Part shown: piece by piece, positions 37,401-51,800 of the stretch
Layout of the letters: each line of letters begins with the position of its first letter
Numbering within the stretch: the stretch's first letter is position 1
Made by a program: the position numbers and the translations under genes
Assembly (NCBI RefSeq): GCF_006345805.1
Contig: NC_043010.1
Location: forward strand, 46,314,001-46,378,000
Length of the DNA stretch: 64,000 bases
Source of the DNA: Octopus sinensis
Taxonomy: Eukaryota
Direction of reading: 5' to 3'
Notes under the pieces: generated by a model
The model's database searches: none
Seen by the model: only the letters and a program-made list of their open reading frames with translations
What the model was told of the DNA's origin: nothing

Positions 37401-38358
37401 GAATTGTGACTAATCAGCAGATAAAAATATAAGTAATTTCTTTTAAACTTTTATTTGTCATAAAGAATTAATTGTTAAGAGAAAAAAAACATCTATTTTG
37501 TAAAAGAAAATTTAATTTTTTTGATGTTATAAATTGTATCATCACCAGCACTACTATCAATACCACCATCATCATCGTTATTAATTGCACATATTTCCAG
37601 TTTATTAATACAATTACTCTTCTCTATTGTGTTAGTGGACAGGAAGCCAATGTCAAAAGTAACTTGACTTCACAGTTACTCAACTTCCTCTCAGTAACTG
37701 TAAAGCTGATATTTTAGCTAACTCTTCTACACTTTCTTCCTATTCTCTCTTTATAGATTGGCTAATTGGTTCATAAAATTTTTTCTTTTCCACAAATGTG
37801 AATGAACCAGTATGTTCCCTTCATCCCTTCATCAACAAACCCTTATTTAAGTTGACATTTATAGTCATGACTGATAGGCCACCCTTTTGAAACCAACCCA
37901 GTTGATATAGCTTTGTACCATTAAAAAAAAAACAAAAATCAGATTTTAAATAAAAACCTCACATCTCAATTTGATGTAAAAACCTCTTGTTGATTTATGT
38001 TCTAAACACTAGCTTAATAATTCTTTCTACCATAGGCACAAAATCTGAAATTTTAGGGCAAAAGGCTGTTATCCAATTACTTGGACCCCAGTACTCAGCT
38101 GGTACTTATTTTATTTACCTGAAAAGAATCAAAGGCAAAGTCGATGGTATTTGAACTCACAACATGAAGAGCCTGTAGAAATGATGCTTAGCATTTTGTT
38201 CGATATGCTAACCATTCTGTCAGGTCACCATCTTAATAATGTGACCCCCCCCCCCACCAAAGTTTGATTATTTTCAAAATTAATTGAGAAGTATAGATAT
38301 TGTATTTCATTAGAAATCGGATCCCAAAAAATTGATATCTTCCAATTAATAATGATTT

Positions 38359-38640
38359 AGTGGAGGTGCACTGGCCCAGTGGTTAGGGCAGCAGACTTGC
38401 GGTTTCGATTCCCAGACCGGGCATTGTGAGCGTTTATTGAGCGAAAACACCTAAAGCTCCACAAGGCTCTGGAAGTGGGTGGTGGCGATCCCTGCTGTAC
38501 TCCTTCGCCACAACTTTCTCTCACTCTTTCTTCTGTTGGCCTGCTCGCTTAGCCAGCAGGGTGGCGTCATTTGAAGGCTAAAACAATGTGAAGCGCATTG
38601 TGACCAGCGATGTGTAGCAACATCTGATATCCTGGTCATA
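38359..38640 (+). mobile_element. tRNA-derived SINE, family E
   Basis: A box tggcccagtggttagg, B box ggtttcgattccc; 3' part shared with 54985-55090. Confidence 0.75.
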
Positions 38641-41600
38641 AAAAAAAAGATTTGATTTCAAATTTTGGCACAAGGCTAGTAATATCAGGGGAGGGAGCAA
38701 GTTGATTATATCGATCCCAGTACTCAATTGGTCCTTATTTTATCGACCCTGCAAGGATGAAGCATTTTGCCCGGCATACTGATGATTCTACTCGCTTACT
38801 GCCTTACATTTTCCAATCAATAATCTTTTCTACTATAGGCATAAAGCCTGAAATTTGGGGGAGGGGACTAGTCGATTATATCAACCCCAGTGTTTCACTG
38901 GTACTTAATTTATTGACACTGAAAGGACGCAAGGCAAAGTCAACCTCAGTAGAACTTGAACTCAGAACGTAAAGACGAATGTGCTAACAATTCTGTCAGC
39001 TCACCGACTTATCATCTTCCAATTAATAATGAGAACATTTTGTAAACAAACTTATAGGCCCTGAGTGTGTCAGTATTCTACAGAAAATAAAGGGAGTTCT
39101 CAAACACAGGAAGGCTGTGAAAACAACTTACAAAAGATGGGAAAAAATGGCCAGCAAGCTTCCACTGGGAATCGAACCCTGCACCTCTCAAATTCCAGCT
39201 AAGCCCTCTGTACCATCAAGTTAAAAGATAATGTTTTGTATTCTTATGAATGTACAGTTTACTGTTGGCCATTTGTAAAGTATATTATTTGCTTTTTGTA
39301 TATCAGTTGATAAAATAATGCTGACGTGGTGACATACAGATAATATCCATTAGGATTTATAAATAGATCTGTGAAAGAACTTTCTATGAGATGGAAACAA
39401 AAAATTAAATTAGCAAGTTTACTGATTAATTTTATCTCTTTCCAATTTCAAACATGTTTAACATTAAGAACTGATAGAGTTACCGAACTAACATGCATCT
39501 CGTAGTTTTTTTTATCCTTTTTTATATTATTTTTAGCAGCAGGATATTCATTTTTCTGCGTTAGCATAGATTAATTATGGAATGAAAGAAACACCTATTT
39601 TGCAGCTACGCAGACAGACAAGCAGATAGGCAAGCTGAGTGATTTGCTTTACCCAAAGCGATTGTACCATAGAATATTTGCAAAGTACAGCTTGGTGCAC
39701 AAAGAGTGTATTTTGAACTACTACTATTGACATTTCCATTCTAAGCAATAAATAATATTCTGTTGTTTCTGGGGAGAGTTATTTTCTTTTTGTGCTTTAT
39801 AATATAACACACTCACTGGTAAAATTTCCCCTTTTTTTTCTTTTTTTTTTCTCCTAAAATTTTCATTGCATCTTGCAACCTTTTCAATAGTTTTGAGTCA
39901 AAACTATTGAAAAGGTTTCAAGACGCAACAAAAATTTTAGGAAAATAAAAAATAAGAAAAAAAAGTGGAAATTTTACCGATGAGTGTTATATTATAAGGC
40001 ACAAAAAGAAAATGACTCTCCCCAGACACAACAGAATATGCTTCAACACACAAACTCATATAAAGAATCTTGCAAAGCAAATCCAAAAACGAAACAATAA
40101 AAAATATATCTTATTCCAATAATGGCACTGCTTCTATTTTATGTTGTACTAAGAAAATGGAGATGATGTGTGCATGAAACTGTTCCACCTATTACTCTTT
40201 TGCGACAACAGTTGCAAAGTAGGGCTTGATGGGATACTCTGATTATTGACCAGCAAAGTTTCAGAGACCTTTTGTTATATTTTTATTGAAATACACTGCT
40301 TTTGTTTCAATAAATTTTGAAAAGGATGAAGGACTCAATAAAATAACATTGTCATAATTAACCCTTTTGTTACTGTATTTCTGTTGAGATGCTCTGTGTT
40401 TCTTTCAATTACTTTAAATATAACAAAGAATTTAGTAAAATAACTTTAGTTATCATTAAGCTAGTGTTAGGAACATAAATTGTGACTAAGGTTTGGTGGA
40501 AGATTTTAATTCAAAACTTATGAAAACAAGATATTTGTATTCAGAGCCATAGCTGGTTTTGTCTGAATCTAAATTAAAATAAAATCAAAAGGATAGTGTA
40601 CATGTGTGTGTGTGTCCCTTGCCCATAAATCACCGAGCTGCTAGTGGTGATGTTGTTACCCCCCTCCCCCCGTCAACATATTGTTCATTGGTTTTGTGCC
40701 ACCAAAGATGTGTGAAATAAGAGATCCCTTTCTTGAAAAACATGTAAGAATAACTAGTTGTTTTTAAAAAAAACCTTGAATATATAGTCCATGGTTGCAT
40801 AGAAAATTCCTAAAATAATGAATGTGTCTGTCTGTTTGTCTGTCTGTCTAGATGAATAAACAAGTAAATAAATAAATAATAGAAAGTAAGAAACAAAAAA
40901 ATAAAGTGCTGGAAAAAGTCTCAGTGCATTATTATACATGAAATAGATTATTTTCCCTGGTTTTCATTGCCCTAAATTAGGTTTACATATCATACATGAA
41001 TAAATACAGTATTCAGATAACTGTAGCTTCCTTCATGAATCAATAGTTACCTAACCAACAAAACAATGATACAAAAAAAGGCATGTTTTATTTCATCACA
41101 CGGCCTGGATATTCTTAATTGATCTATGGTGAGAAAAAGACAGAAATATGCACCATGTAATGTATGATTTAGACTCTTGTCTATTCTTATCATGTTTTAT
41201 TTCTTGATGTTAGCTCTAAACTCTGCCAACAATCCTAAGTGTATACGGTGTGATTAGATTTTCTTGTCTTAGATAAAAGTACATTGTCACACATCAATAC
41301 AATTATTCAGATTTACTTCTGTTTGCAATTCTGTATACACACAAAAAAAAAGCAAGATGCCTCATGAGAAAAGGGAAGCATTATCCAAAGGAATACTGTT
41401 GCAAATGAATATTGAGTGATTTATTTGGCAGTTCTCTGTAACAAGAAGGAAATAAATGTTTTCTAAATCTGCTCATTTTTGTATTCATTTGTTTTCATTG
41501 CTCTGTTATTGAGTTTGTTGTCGTAGCAAGCTGGCAGAATCATTAGCACGCCGGGTGAAATGCTTAGCGGTATTTCATCTGCTGCCACGTTCTGGGTTCA

Positions 41601-41721
41601 ACTTCCACTGAGGTCGACTTTTGCCTTTCATCATTTCAGGGTCAATAAATTAAGTACCAGTTGAGTACCTCCCCACAAAATCCAGGTCTTGTGCCTATAG
41701 TAGAAAGACTTATTATTATCG

Positions 41722-42143
41722 TTACTCTTTTACTGGTTTCAGTCATTTGACTGTGGTCATGCTGGAGCACTGCCTTTAGTCAAGCAAATTGACCCCAGGT
41801 CTTATTCTTTGTAAGCCTAGTTCTTATTTTATTGGTCTCTTTTGCTGAACCGCCAAGTTACGGAGACGTAAACTCACCAGCATCAGTTGTCAAGCGATGT
41901 TGGTGGGCACAAACACAGACACACAAACACACACACGCACATACACACACACATATATATATATATACATATACATATATACGATGGGTTTCTTTCAGTT
42001 TCTGTCTACCAAATCCACTCACAAGGCTTTGGTCGGCCCGAGGCTATAGTAGAAGACACTGCCCAAAGTGCCACGCAGTGGGACTGAACCCCGAACCATG
42101 TGGTTAGTAAGCAAGCTACTTACCACACAGCCACTCCTGCGCC
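41722..42143 (-). mobile_element. SINE family A
   Basis: Reverse-complement match to the family consensus. Confidence 0.9.
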
Positions 42144-43653
42144 TTACGGCAGCAAACTAGCAGAATCATTAGCACACTGAACAAAATGCTTACTGGCATT
42201 TCATCCATCTTTACATTTTCAACTCAGATTCCACCAAGGTTGACTTTGTCTCTCATCCTTTCAAGGTCGATTAATTAAGTACCTGTTGAACACTGGGGTC
42301 AATTCAATCAATTAAGCTCTTTCCCAAACCTGCTGGCCTTGTGCCAAAATTTGAAACCATTAAAAGTGATGGGCTGGCAGACAGAATTATTAGCATGCTG
42401 GGCAAAATGCTTCGTGGCATTGCATTTGTCTTTACATTCTGTGTTCAAATTCTGCCGAGGTCAACTTTGCACTTCCATCCTTTCAGGGTCAATAAAATAA
42501 TTACCAGGTGAGTACTAAGGTCAATATAATCAACTTAGTCCCTTCCCTAAAATTGCTGGCCTTGTGCCAATATATAAATCTATTATTATATCATTAATGC
42601 AGCAAGGTAGCAGAATCATTGGCACACTGAACAAATTGTTTAGGAGCATTTCATCCATTTTTACGTTCTGAGTTTAATTTCTACTGAGGTCGACTTTGCC
42701 TTTCATTTGAATACTGGGATGAATATAATCAATTACCCCCACCCCTAAAATGACTGGCTTTGTGCCAAAATTTGAAGCCATTATCCCCAGACCTAACAAA
42801 GCCTTGGCAATGGATTTAGTTGACAGAAACTGAAAGAAACCTCTGATGTGTGTGTTATTGTCTTTTTGCTTTGATATCACATGAGAGGTGTAATCAAATG
42901 TTGCTGTCATACAGACAATGTCCTTTATTTCCAATCTTCCATGTTTAGTCATGGGGACCTTGCCTGAAAACAGAATTCGTGACTAGAAGGGCATCCAGCC
43001 ATAGAAAATTTACTTCAACATGCAACCATGGAAAAGTAGATGTTATTTTTATGATAATGAATGTCTTGAATGCAGTAATTAAGTAAAAGCCCAGACAAGT
43101 AATTACCATCTTATTGCAGAAGCAATTCCAAGAACCCAGTCTTAGACAGCATAGTAGTGCTGCTACTGCTACTACTACTGCTACTGGAAAAGTCAGTGAA
43201 ATGCACAGTTATGGTTGAGTGGTTAAGAAATTTGATCCTCAATTATAAGCTTCCTGAGTCGATTCCAGTGCATGACATCTTAGACAAGTGTCTTAGACAA
43301 GTGTCTTTTGCCACAAGCCTTGAGTGAAATTGGGTGACTGAAAACTTTGTGGATTATTGTAGCTGTAATTCAATAAGTTCAAATTTGTCTCGCACTGTGT
43401 CCCTTCCTAAAGCCATCCAGAAAAGACAGTCAGTTTCCTAAGGACACCTTTGCCCTGAGCATCTGCTAATTGCATTGCCTGATTGACAGTGAGCTGTGAG
43501 CACCTGACAGTAATTTAGGTGCCTCAGTCAATGTTACATCCATGTTTGTCAAAGAGATAGGCTGTGGGAAAGTACATCTAGCAAACAGCTACCACACCTG
43601 CTCAGCATTGAGGAAACACTGGAAATGTAATAAAAATTGTTTGCCAAAATAAC

Positions 43654-44050
43654 AGGACTAATGTTGCTGTAATTTAGGTGGCGAGCTGGCAGAAACGTTA
43701 GCGCGCCGGACGAAATGCTGAGCGGTATTTTGTCTGCCGCTACGTTCTGAGTTCAAATTCCGCCGAGGTCGACTTTGCCTTTCATCCTTTCGGGGTCGAT
43801 AAATTAAGTACCAGTTACGCACTGGGGTCGATGTAATCGACTTAATACCTATGTCTGTCCTTGTTTGTCCCCTTTATGTTTAGCCCCTTGTGGATAATAA
43901 AGAGATAGGGATGTAATTTAGCTTCAGGAGACATCATCTCCAGCTGGCTATACAACACGATCTGTGTCCTTTATACTTTCAAACAGATTGTGTCATATAG
44001 CTAGCCGGAGGCAATGTCTCCCGGGGCTAAATTACAGCTACATTAGTCCT
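43654..44050. repeat. Palindromic MITE (about 65-bp arms) with a family-B SINE inserted in the left arm
   Basis: aggactaatgt...cattagtcct ends; TSD tgtaatttag at 43668-43677 and 43912-43921. Confidence 0.85.
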
Positions 44051-45254
44051 AAACCAGGACTGCCATGTTGTGTTGGTAAACAATCTTTACTACAAAGTAC
44101 TGATGCTGAATATCTCACATTGTGAGATTTAAAAATAGGAATTTTCTAACTGGAAATGTAGCCTCAGCACATATTTGCACATCATTACAGTGGATGCTGG
44201 CAGCAAGTGAACCATCTGGCATGTAGAACATATCCCCACTACAGAAAGCAGAAGAGCAAGCACTCCATTCTGTTCACCCATGGAACAGAGCATGGCACAG
44301 CAGTCAGGCAATAGCTGGTGATGGATGTGATGTATGTATTTCTTTATTATCCACAAGGGGCTAAACATAGAGGGGACAAACAAAGACAGACAAAGGGATT
44401 AAGTCGATTACATCGACCCCAGTGCATAACCAGTACTTTATTTTTTGACCCTGAAAGGATGAAAGGCAAAGTCGACCTCGGCGGAATTTGAACTCGGAAC
44501 GTAACGACAGACGAAATACGGCTACGCTTTTCGCCTGGCGTGCTAACATTTCTGCCAGCTCGCCGCCTATTGTGGATGTGATGTATGTGCCACCTCCACC
44601 TGACCTTTCAGAGATGCTTTTTGCTCAGTTCATTTCTGAGTAAGACTAGCCACCCTGCTAGTTACCTCTTTCTAGTTCTTGTCCACCTGAAGATCTGGAT
44701 TAGACCTAACCCTGAGCACTATTTGTCTATCCAGTGTCCTGCAACCCTGTTGAATAGCTTGGACCTGCCACTTGAAATACCATACTGCAGGACCAGTGAC
44801 TTCTCACCTGGTTAATTTTTGCTCCTATCACAGCCTCATTTTCCCTTAGAGTTGTATCACTCACCTTGATGTGTTTGGTGTCCCACACTATTATGGTGAC
44901 ATTGCTCATGGCATTAAACATCTTAACACTAACTTGACTGTTGTTTTTTCATTCAGATGACACTTTTGAGTAATTAACTTTTCTAATTCATTTCGTTTTT
45001 AAAGCACTTTATTAACTCAGTAATCAGTAACTCTATTTGAATGTAGTAGTTAGATATTTTCAAATATACAACCTGATCGTTATAGCCAAAATGTGGCGAA
45101 AGTGTTTATAAAACATGTTTTATAAACACTTCCTATCACAATCTTTTGATATTAAATTATTTTTTTGAATAATAATTTCATGTTTATAAAGTATGTGCCA
45201 AACTAAAAATTCAAATTTGATTATTTTCTTTCTGCTCACACATGTTCAAGCATT

Positions 45255-45431
45255 ACATACATACACACACTTGCTTATGCTCTTTAGAAACACACACGAG
45301 CTTATACTCATATACACACTCATACATTCATGCATATACATACCCATTTCACACACCCATACACAGACACATACATATTTATGCACACGTGCACACACAC
45401 CTGCATACTCACACATACTTGTGTGTGTGTA

Positions 45432-45490
<59 letters not shown>

Positions 45491-45670
45491 TCACATACAC
45501 ACACTTTCTCTCACACACAAATCTACACTCTCACACATGTACACCCTCTCAGACACATGCATATGTACTTATATACAAGTACTTACACATATACACAAAC
45601 TTGTACTTATCCATAAACACATACTTACACACAAACACATTTATATACATTTCATACATGTTGACACATA
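45255..45670. repeat. Compound (CA)/(TA) microsatellite
   Basis: Direct inspection; source of several spurious ORFs. Confidence 0.9.
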
Positions 45671-46865
45671 TTTTCATAAGTACTTATAATTTATCAGAAA
45701 GTATCTTGATAGGAGAGAAAAAGTCAGCTAAATATTCAGCTTGTTCTAAAATTCACTCAAACAAATTGCCACTTCATTGTGAGTTTCTTGTCATCTGATT
45801 TAATCCTTTATTTTACGAGACAGCTAGAGCCAACACCAGCTATAAATCTGGTTTAGCGAGCAAAATTAAACTATAAAGAACAGCATCTGCACAATCTTTG
45901 AGACTCCCAATTTCATTGAGCAATAATTCTAAATCCTTATTAACACAAAACTATTATGGTTACCTTTCTGCTGCAACATAATGATAACAACTTAATTAAC
46001 CCTTTAACATTCAGAGTATTCAATAAAATGTAATGCTTATTTGTTCACATTGCTTTGAATTCATCATGCATTAATATTGTAGCTAAGAGATTTTGAATAA
46101 GTGACTGTATTGTAAGATACAAATAAGATGATGATTTATTTTCAAATGCAGAGATGCCATTAAAACAGCAGAAACACTTGGTAAATTACTCTTACAAAGC
46201 AGAAAAATTGTGTCATCAAACAGCCATAACTGTTTGAATGTTGTCTCTGTGTTGGAAAATAATTATCATTATCTTACAATACACATTTCTTATAAAAAAA
46301 AAACTTATAAAAAAACAAATGTTTGTTCATATTTATAAAGCACCCACTACACTCTCGGAGTGGTTGGCACTAGGAAGGGCATCCTGCTGTAGAAACTCTG
46401 CCAGATCAAGATTGAAGCCTGGTGCAACCATCTGGTTTGCCAGCCCTCAGTCAAATCGTCCAACCCATGCTAGCATGAAAAGCAGACGTTAAACGATGAT
46501 GATGAAGTGACTATATAAATTTATATATTGGCTAACATTGTGGGATAGGTGTGAAAGGCTGGAACTAGCCAGTTTGAACATGAAGCAGGAAGAATATTTT
46601 GGCCAAATAAGGCTAGTTTAAATGTTAAAGGGTGAAGGTTGTTGTTTGACTCAGGTCAACTCTGAGAACAAGTAGATCCATGATCAAATACATTTTAGGG
46701 ATGATTGTCTCGTTTTATTTTAGTGTTTCCAGGACTGCATTTAGTGAACATGTCATTCTTTTTCTTAAAATGACAAAGTGTAGTTTGAAAGGAATGTGAC
46801 TGCTCTTTCTGTCTGGTCAAGCAATTGCATAGAGAATCTCTTATTGAGTGCAGAAATTTACAGAT

Positions 46866-47240
46866 AGGCACAAGTGTGGCTGTGTAGTAAGAAGCTTGCT
46901 TCCTAACCACATGGCTCCAGGTTCAGTCTCACTGCATGGCACCTTGGGCAAATGTCTTCTACTATAGCCTCAGGCCAACCAAAGCCTTATGAGTGGATTT
47001 GGTAGACAGAAACTGAAAGTATTCCATTGTGTATGTGTGTGTGTTTGTCCTCTGCCACCACTTGACAACCGGTGTTGGTGTGTTTACGGCCCTGTAACTC
47101 GGTGGCTCAGCATAAGAGATCAATAGAATAAGTACTTGGCTTGAAAAAAAAGTACTGAGGTCAGTTCATTCAACTAGAAATTCTTCAAGGTGATGCCCCA
47201 GGGTGGTCGCAATCTAATGACTGAAACAAGTAAAAAGTAA
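46866..47240 (+). mobile_element. SINE family A
   Basis: Head, body and tail all recognisable. Confidence 0.85.
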
Positions 47241-47291
47241 AAAGGTAATTGTTTTCATGATTAGGAATTATTTGGGTTTATTTGTTTTATT

Positions 47292-47545
47292 GTGGAGGCA
47301 CGTGGTTTAGTGGTTAGGGTGTCAGCATCATGATTGTAAGATTGTGGTTTCGATTCCTGGACCGGGCGATGCGTTGTGTTCTTGAGCAAAACACTTCATT
47401 TCACATTGCTCCAATCCACTCAGCTGGCAAAAATGAGTAACGCTGCGATGGACTGGTGCCCCGTCCAGCTGGAGAACACATACGCCATTGAAACCGGGAA
47501 ACCGGGCCCATGAGCCTGTTTAGGCTTTAAAAGGGCGCATTTATT
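47292..47545 (+). mobile_element. tRNA-derived SINE, family D
   Basis: A box tggtttagtggttagg, B box ggtttcgattcc, body gtgttcttgagcaaaacacttcatttcac; related copies at about 28632-28880(-), 16710-16900(-), 53205-53345(-). Confidence 0.85.
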
Positions 47546-48686
47546 TATTATTATTATTTGTTTTATTAAGTTTGACTTTTTAACAAAATCTTGATACAGT
47601 TAGATAGTAAGTTTCTGAAGCATAGCAAGAAGAGGCAAGGAAGGAGCAGTTATACCCTGAGTGCAGATGTGAGGGGCCACAAAATTTTCTCTAGCCTATC
47701 ATGCCTGTTAATTAGGGTTGGGAGAAAGGGACCAAAAGTGTCTTTGTCCCCATGTGTTGAGAGCCAAGGCTACACAACTAATTAGTTTACAGCTGGTTCT
47801 GCTGTGTAAGCTTCATAGAGAATCTCAAAAATCAGATATCCTGTCTAATTTGTTTATATCACATTCTGTTACGTAACCTTGATAGAAAAGTTTAAGCACA
47901 AATAACCCTATTAGCTTGTTTCATTTTAAAAGCTTGAATAAAAAAAGATTCTATTGCTTTTGTTGAATATTATTTTTTCTTTTGCTACTTTTGTATGTAA
48001 TTGCATACCATGTGAACAAAAAGATAAAATTTAATTGGGAAAATCTGGTATGTGATTATAGCGATTTGATTAACATCTTGTATGTCTACCAATTATCTCA
48101 CAACCATCTGGGATCTAATTTCTAATTCATGAACTCTATCCTAATGACATTAGATCAAACCCAGTCACATGTTTACAATCAGTATTTAGTCCTGCAGACA
48201 TACATACACACACAGACATTACATCACACAAACAATGTATATATTCACGCATTCACACACACACACCAGGGGTCTAGTGTTTGTCTGTGTTGGCAAATAA
48301 AGAATGAAGTTAAATTTTTAATTGTACTATTGAAAATGTACAAATACCATCCATTATTTTGTCTTTCTTTCAAGTATGGTTTGTCCATTTTAAATTATTG
48401 TTTAGTATTGACGGAAACTTTCAGTGAAAGATCTCTAAAATTGGTGCATTTTTGTTTCAATTATTCACTGCTTGTTGGTCAAAGTGTCATATTGTGTGAC
48501 ATCACCTTTCAGCTGTCTTTTAGATATCGTAATTTCTATTGAACAGGGTTTCTTTTTATATAATTTGAGCAAATCAGTAAAATAAATGAATTCTGATCTT
48601 TAAGAAAACTTTTTAATTAAAAATAGTTTTTTTTCTCCCCCAATACAACATATCCAAAACCAAGCTTGTTTACATTTATATAAATA

Positions 48687-49050
48687 CTAGTACTATGACC
48701 CAGCAACGCCGAGTCATAGTGCTAGTGCCTGCATATACAGCTGTGTGCGTGCACACATAAACGCGAGTACTGTCCAAATCTCCAACCAATCACATAGAGC
48801 TAGCTGGCATTCAATTGGTGTGTCAAGTTTCGGGCATTTTGATTGGATTTTGGATTAAAAATCCACAAAAATGTCACTTCTATTGATTTTTTAATGGCTT
48901 TGCGGGGTGACTGGGGAAATGTAAAGATGTGCACAACCACCCTTGGACGGTTTTAAATGACCATAGAAAGTGTGAGCCCTCTAACTGAAAAAGTGTGGAT
49001 TTGTATAATGGATGGACACACAGACATTTTGCCGTTTATATATATAGAGA
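48687..49050 (-). mobile_element. Complete non-autonomous Helitron-type element
   Basis: A|TC 5' end, 3' hairpin ctagcactatgactcggcgttgctgggtcatagtactag ending CTAG|T, no TSD; partial copy at about 7575-7730. Confidence 0.75.
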
Positions 49051-50325
49051 TTAGGCATTCATCCCATAAAGCATTTGAAAGAAATAAATAGTTCTAAATA
49101 AGAGATTATTTCTTGCTTTTCTCCAAAATATTTTGGAAGATTATAACTCCTGAAGGGAGCATGTAGATCTGACAACCAAAGAATCTCATTTTTTTTTTAT
49201 ATGCCATCCAAATGATTGTGATGAGTGGAACCATCCTGAATATGAAAGCAATATTTAATATAGGATGTGTGTGTATTGAAGCCTTGTTCAGGGCTCAGTG
49301 TTTCTTCCTCTGAAAAAAACACTGTCTTTGTAAATTCAGTCTTGATTATGTTAGATATGTTCTTTCATGGTGTGGTTTCAGTTGACAATGCTCTACTTGT
49401 CTCCTCTTCAAGCTGGACAACTAAATCTTGTAAACCACCCACTCAGTGAAATACATACTTTTTTTTTAACTATTAATACAATACTTGAGTCAGTAAGGGA
49501 ACTCAATCTGCTCATTGTAGAAACTAAGTTTTCATTCAATAGACTTTTATTATCTTGAAAATAAGGACCACATGTTCTATGTCTTAAATTTTAGAACTAC
49601 CTACTTCTCTATAAAGACACAGTGTTCAAGCTAAAACAGTTATCAAAATCTTTCCATCCAAAGCTAAAATGTTGACATGTATCTGTATATCTGTAGCACT
49701 GGACTGATTAATTATGACTAGACATTCAACTGTCTTCCTTTGTGCCACAGACTATTTCAACCTGACCAATGACAGCAGTAGCAACAGGAACAATTTCAGT
49801 AATTGGCACCGGAAGTACCAAGTGGTTTTTTAAAATTTTTTATTTTAGTATTATGCATTTTTTAATTGACTTAATTGATTATCTTCGTTTAACATTCCTT
49901 CCCCATGCTGACATGGATCCAGCTAGTGAAAAGAATGTGTCATGTTCCAATGTCTCTTCTAACATGGCATTTATGCTTGGATGCCCTTCTTGATGCCAAC
50001 CTCTTTACATAGTGTACTGGGGCATTTTTGGGGGGTGCCAGCACTAGGGAGTTCACCTTGTAGCTTGAAAGATAAAGGGCCTAAAGAAACCCTCTATAAT
50101 TGAAAGAGAATAGAAGAGAGAGAGAGAGAGAGTGATGACTTTAAGTAAGGTGATGAGAGAGGGTAAAGTATGATGTGAAGAAGAATAGATTTATAGTTGT
50201 GAGAGGGTGGTGGTGGAGAGAGTCAAAGAGTAATCACTTTTGGGGAAGGGAGTTTTGAAGGAACAAAGAAAAAGGGAGGATTAGAGAAGGGGAAGGATCT
50301 TAATATGAAAATATATTTAACTACA

Positions 50326-50712
50326 GGTGCAGGTATGGCTGTAGATTTTTTTGCTTTGTTTTTTAACCCACTGTATGGCACCTTGGGCGAGCGTCTTCTG
50401 CTGTAGCCTCGGGCCAGCCAAAGCCTTGTGAATAGATTTGGTTGATGGAAACTGAAAGAATCCCATCATGTATATGTGTCTGTGTGTCTCTATGTCTCTG
50501 TTTGTCTCCCCATCATCGCTTGATGACTGGCATTGGTGTATTTATGTCCCTGTAATATAAGCAGTTCAGCAAAAGAGACTGTTAGAATAAGCACTAAGCT
50601 TACAAAGAATAAGTCCTGGGGTTGATATGTTTGACTAAAAGACCTTTTAAGGCAGTGCTCCAGCATGGCTACAGTCAACTGACTGAAACAAGTAAAGTAG
50701 TAAAAGAATAAA
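50326..50712 (+). mobile_element. SINE family A (head partly deleted)
   Basis: Body and tail match the family. Confidence 0.85.
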
Positions 50713-50782
50713 AGAATTCGATATTATTTACCAAAAATACCTACTTTTTACCAAATATTAGTTATATTTACATTAAATAGGG

Positions 50783-50907
50783 CCATGTAATTTCCCAGAT
50801 TATAGGGTAACCTATCTACAAGTCAATCACAAATACCTACTTTGACAACCCCAAACTAAGGGTGCAACCTATACCCTGATGCAACCTATGTGCAAATATA
50901 TACAGTA
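50783..50907. mobile_element. Probable Tc1/mariner-type MITE remnant
   Basis: Degenerate inverted ends catgtaatttcccagattatagg / cctatgtgcaaatatatacagta. Confidence 0.35.
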
Positions 50908-51392
50908 TTTGTTATTCATTCGTATTTTGTTATATTGACCCAGTGGTTGTCTTCATCTCCGAAAGGTTAATGGAAGACAAGACCATAGAGACCTCAAAGG
51001 TTTGACCAACTCCATGTTCATATAGTTGTCTCCTGGTTGGCCATTTAGAGTTAAAATTCATCTTACAATGATGAATCTATGTTTAATTTTAACTACGCTG
51101 CCTCCCCCCCACTCTTCCCACCACCACCACCAGCTCCATGATATTTTTTCTACATTATACAGCATTATGTGATTGATCTTGCCCATCTAATTTTAAGTGA
51201 GCATGAAAAGACAGAGCTATAAATAATGATGAAATTGTGTGTTGAGATATTTATTTATTTTTTTTATTCTTTGAAAGAGAAAGAGAAAGAGAGAGAGAAA
51301 GAGAATGAGTTAGAAAGCAATAGCTGTGGGAAGTAACTGATCAAAAAGCTAAGTCTCTAAAGTGTGTAGTTTGGTGCTCTCCCTCTCTCTTA

Positions 51393-51617
51393 GACACACA
51401 CACACACACACACACACACAACACACACACACACACACACACATACACACACACACACTCATACACATGCATACACACTCATATGCAAGCATGTCAATAT
51501 ATTTCTCTGTTTCTCTTTATCTTCCTTTCTGTTTCCTTTCTTACATTTTTTCCCTATCACCCTTCCAACTGCTTTACTGTTCATGCTCTTACTTCCTCTC
51601 TCCCTCTCTCTCACTCC

Positions 51618-51660
<43 letters not shown>

Positions 51661-51755
51661 GTGTGTGTGTGTGTGTGTGTGTATGTATATATATATATAT
51701 ATGTGTGTGTGTATGTGTATATATATATATGTGTGTATATGTATATATATATATG

Positions 51756-51799
<44 letters not shown>

Positions 51800-51800
51800 T
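51393..51800. repeat. Compound (CA)n,(TA)n,(TG)n microsatellites
   Basis: Direct inspection. Confidence 0.9.

Noticed and set aside
39140-39215. tRNA-like sequence on the minus strand (ggttcgattccc B box)
   Set aside because: Acceptor and anticodon stems do not pair; most likely a decayed SINE head or tRNA pseudogene
44600-44921. ORFs 44585..44815 and 44727..44921 with gtgagt/gtgaga donor-like sites
   Set aside because: The region reads as a highly degenerate LINE 3' coding remnant with multiple stops; not phase-linked to any supported exon
45690-45950. Protein-like minus-strand stretches NKDLELLLNEIGSLKDCADAVLYSLILL and ILEQAEYLADFFSPIKILSDKL
   Set aside because: Interrupted by stops, with no good donor; may be a decayed gene or transposase but I cannot assign it
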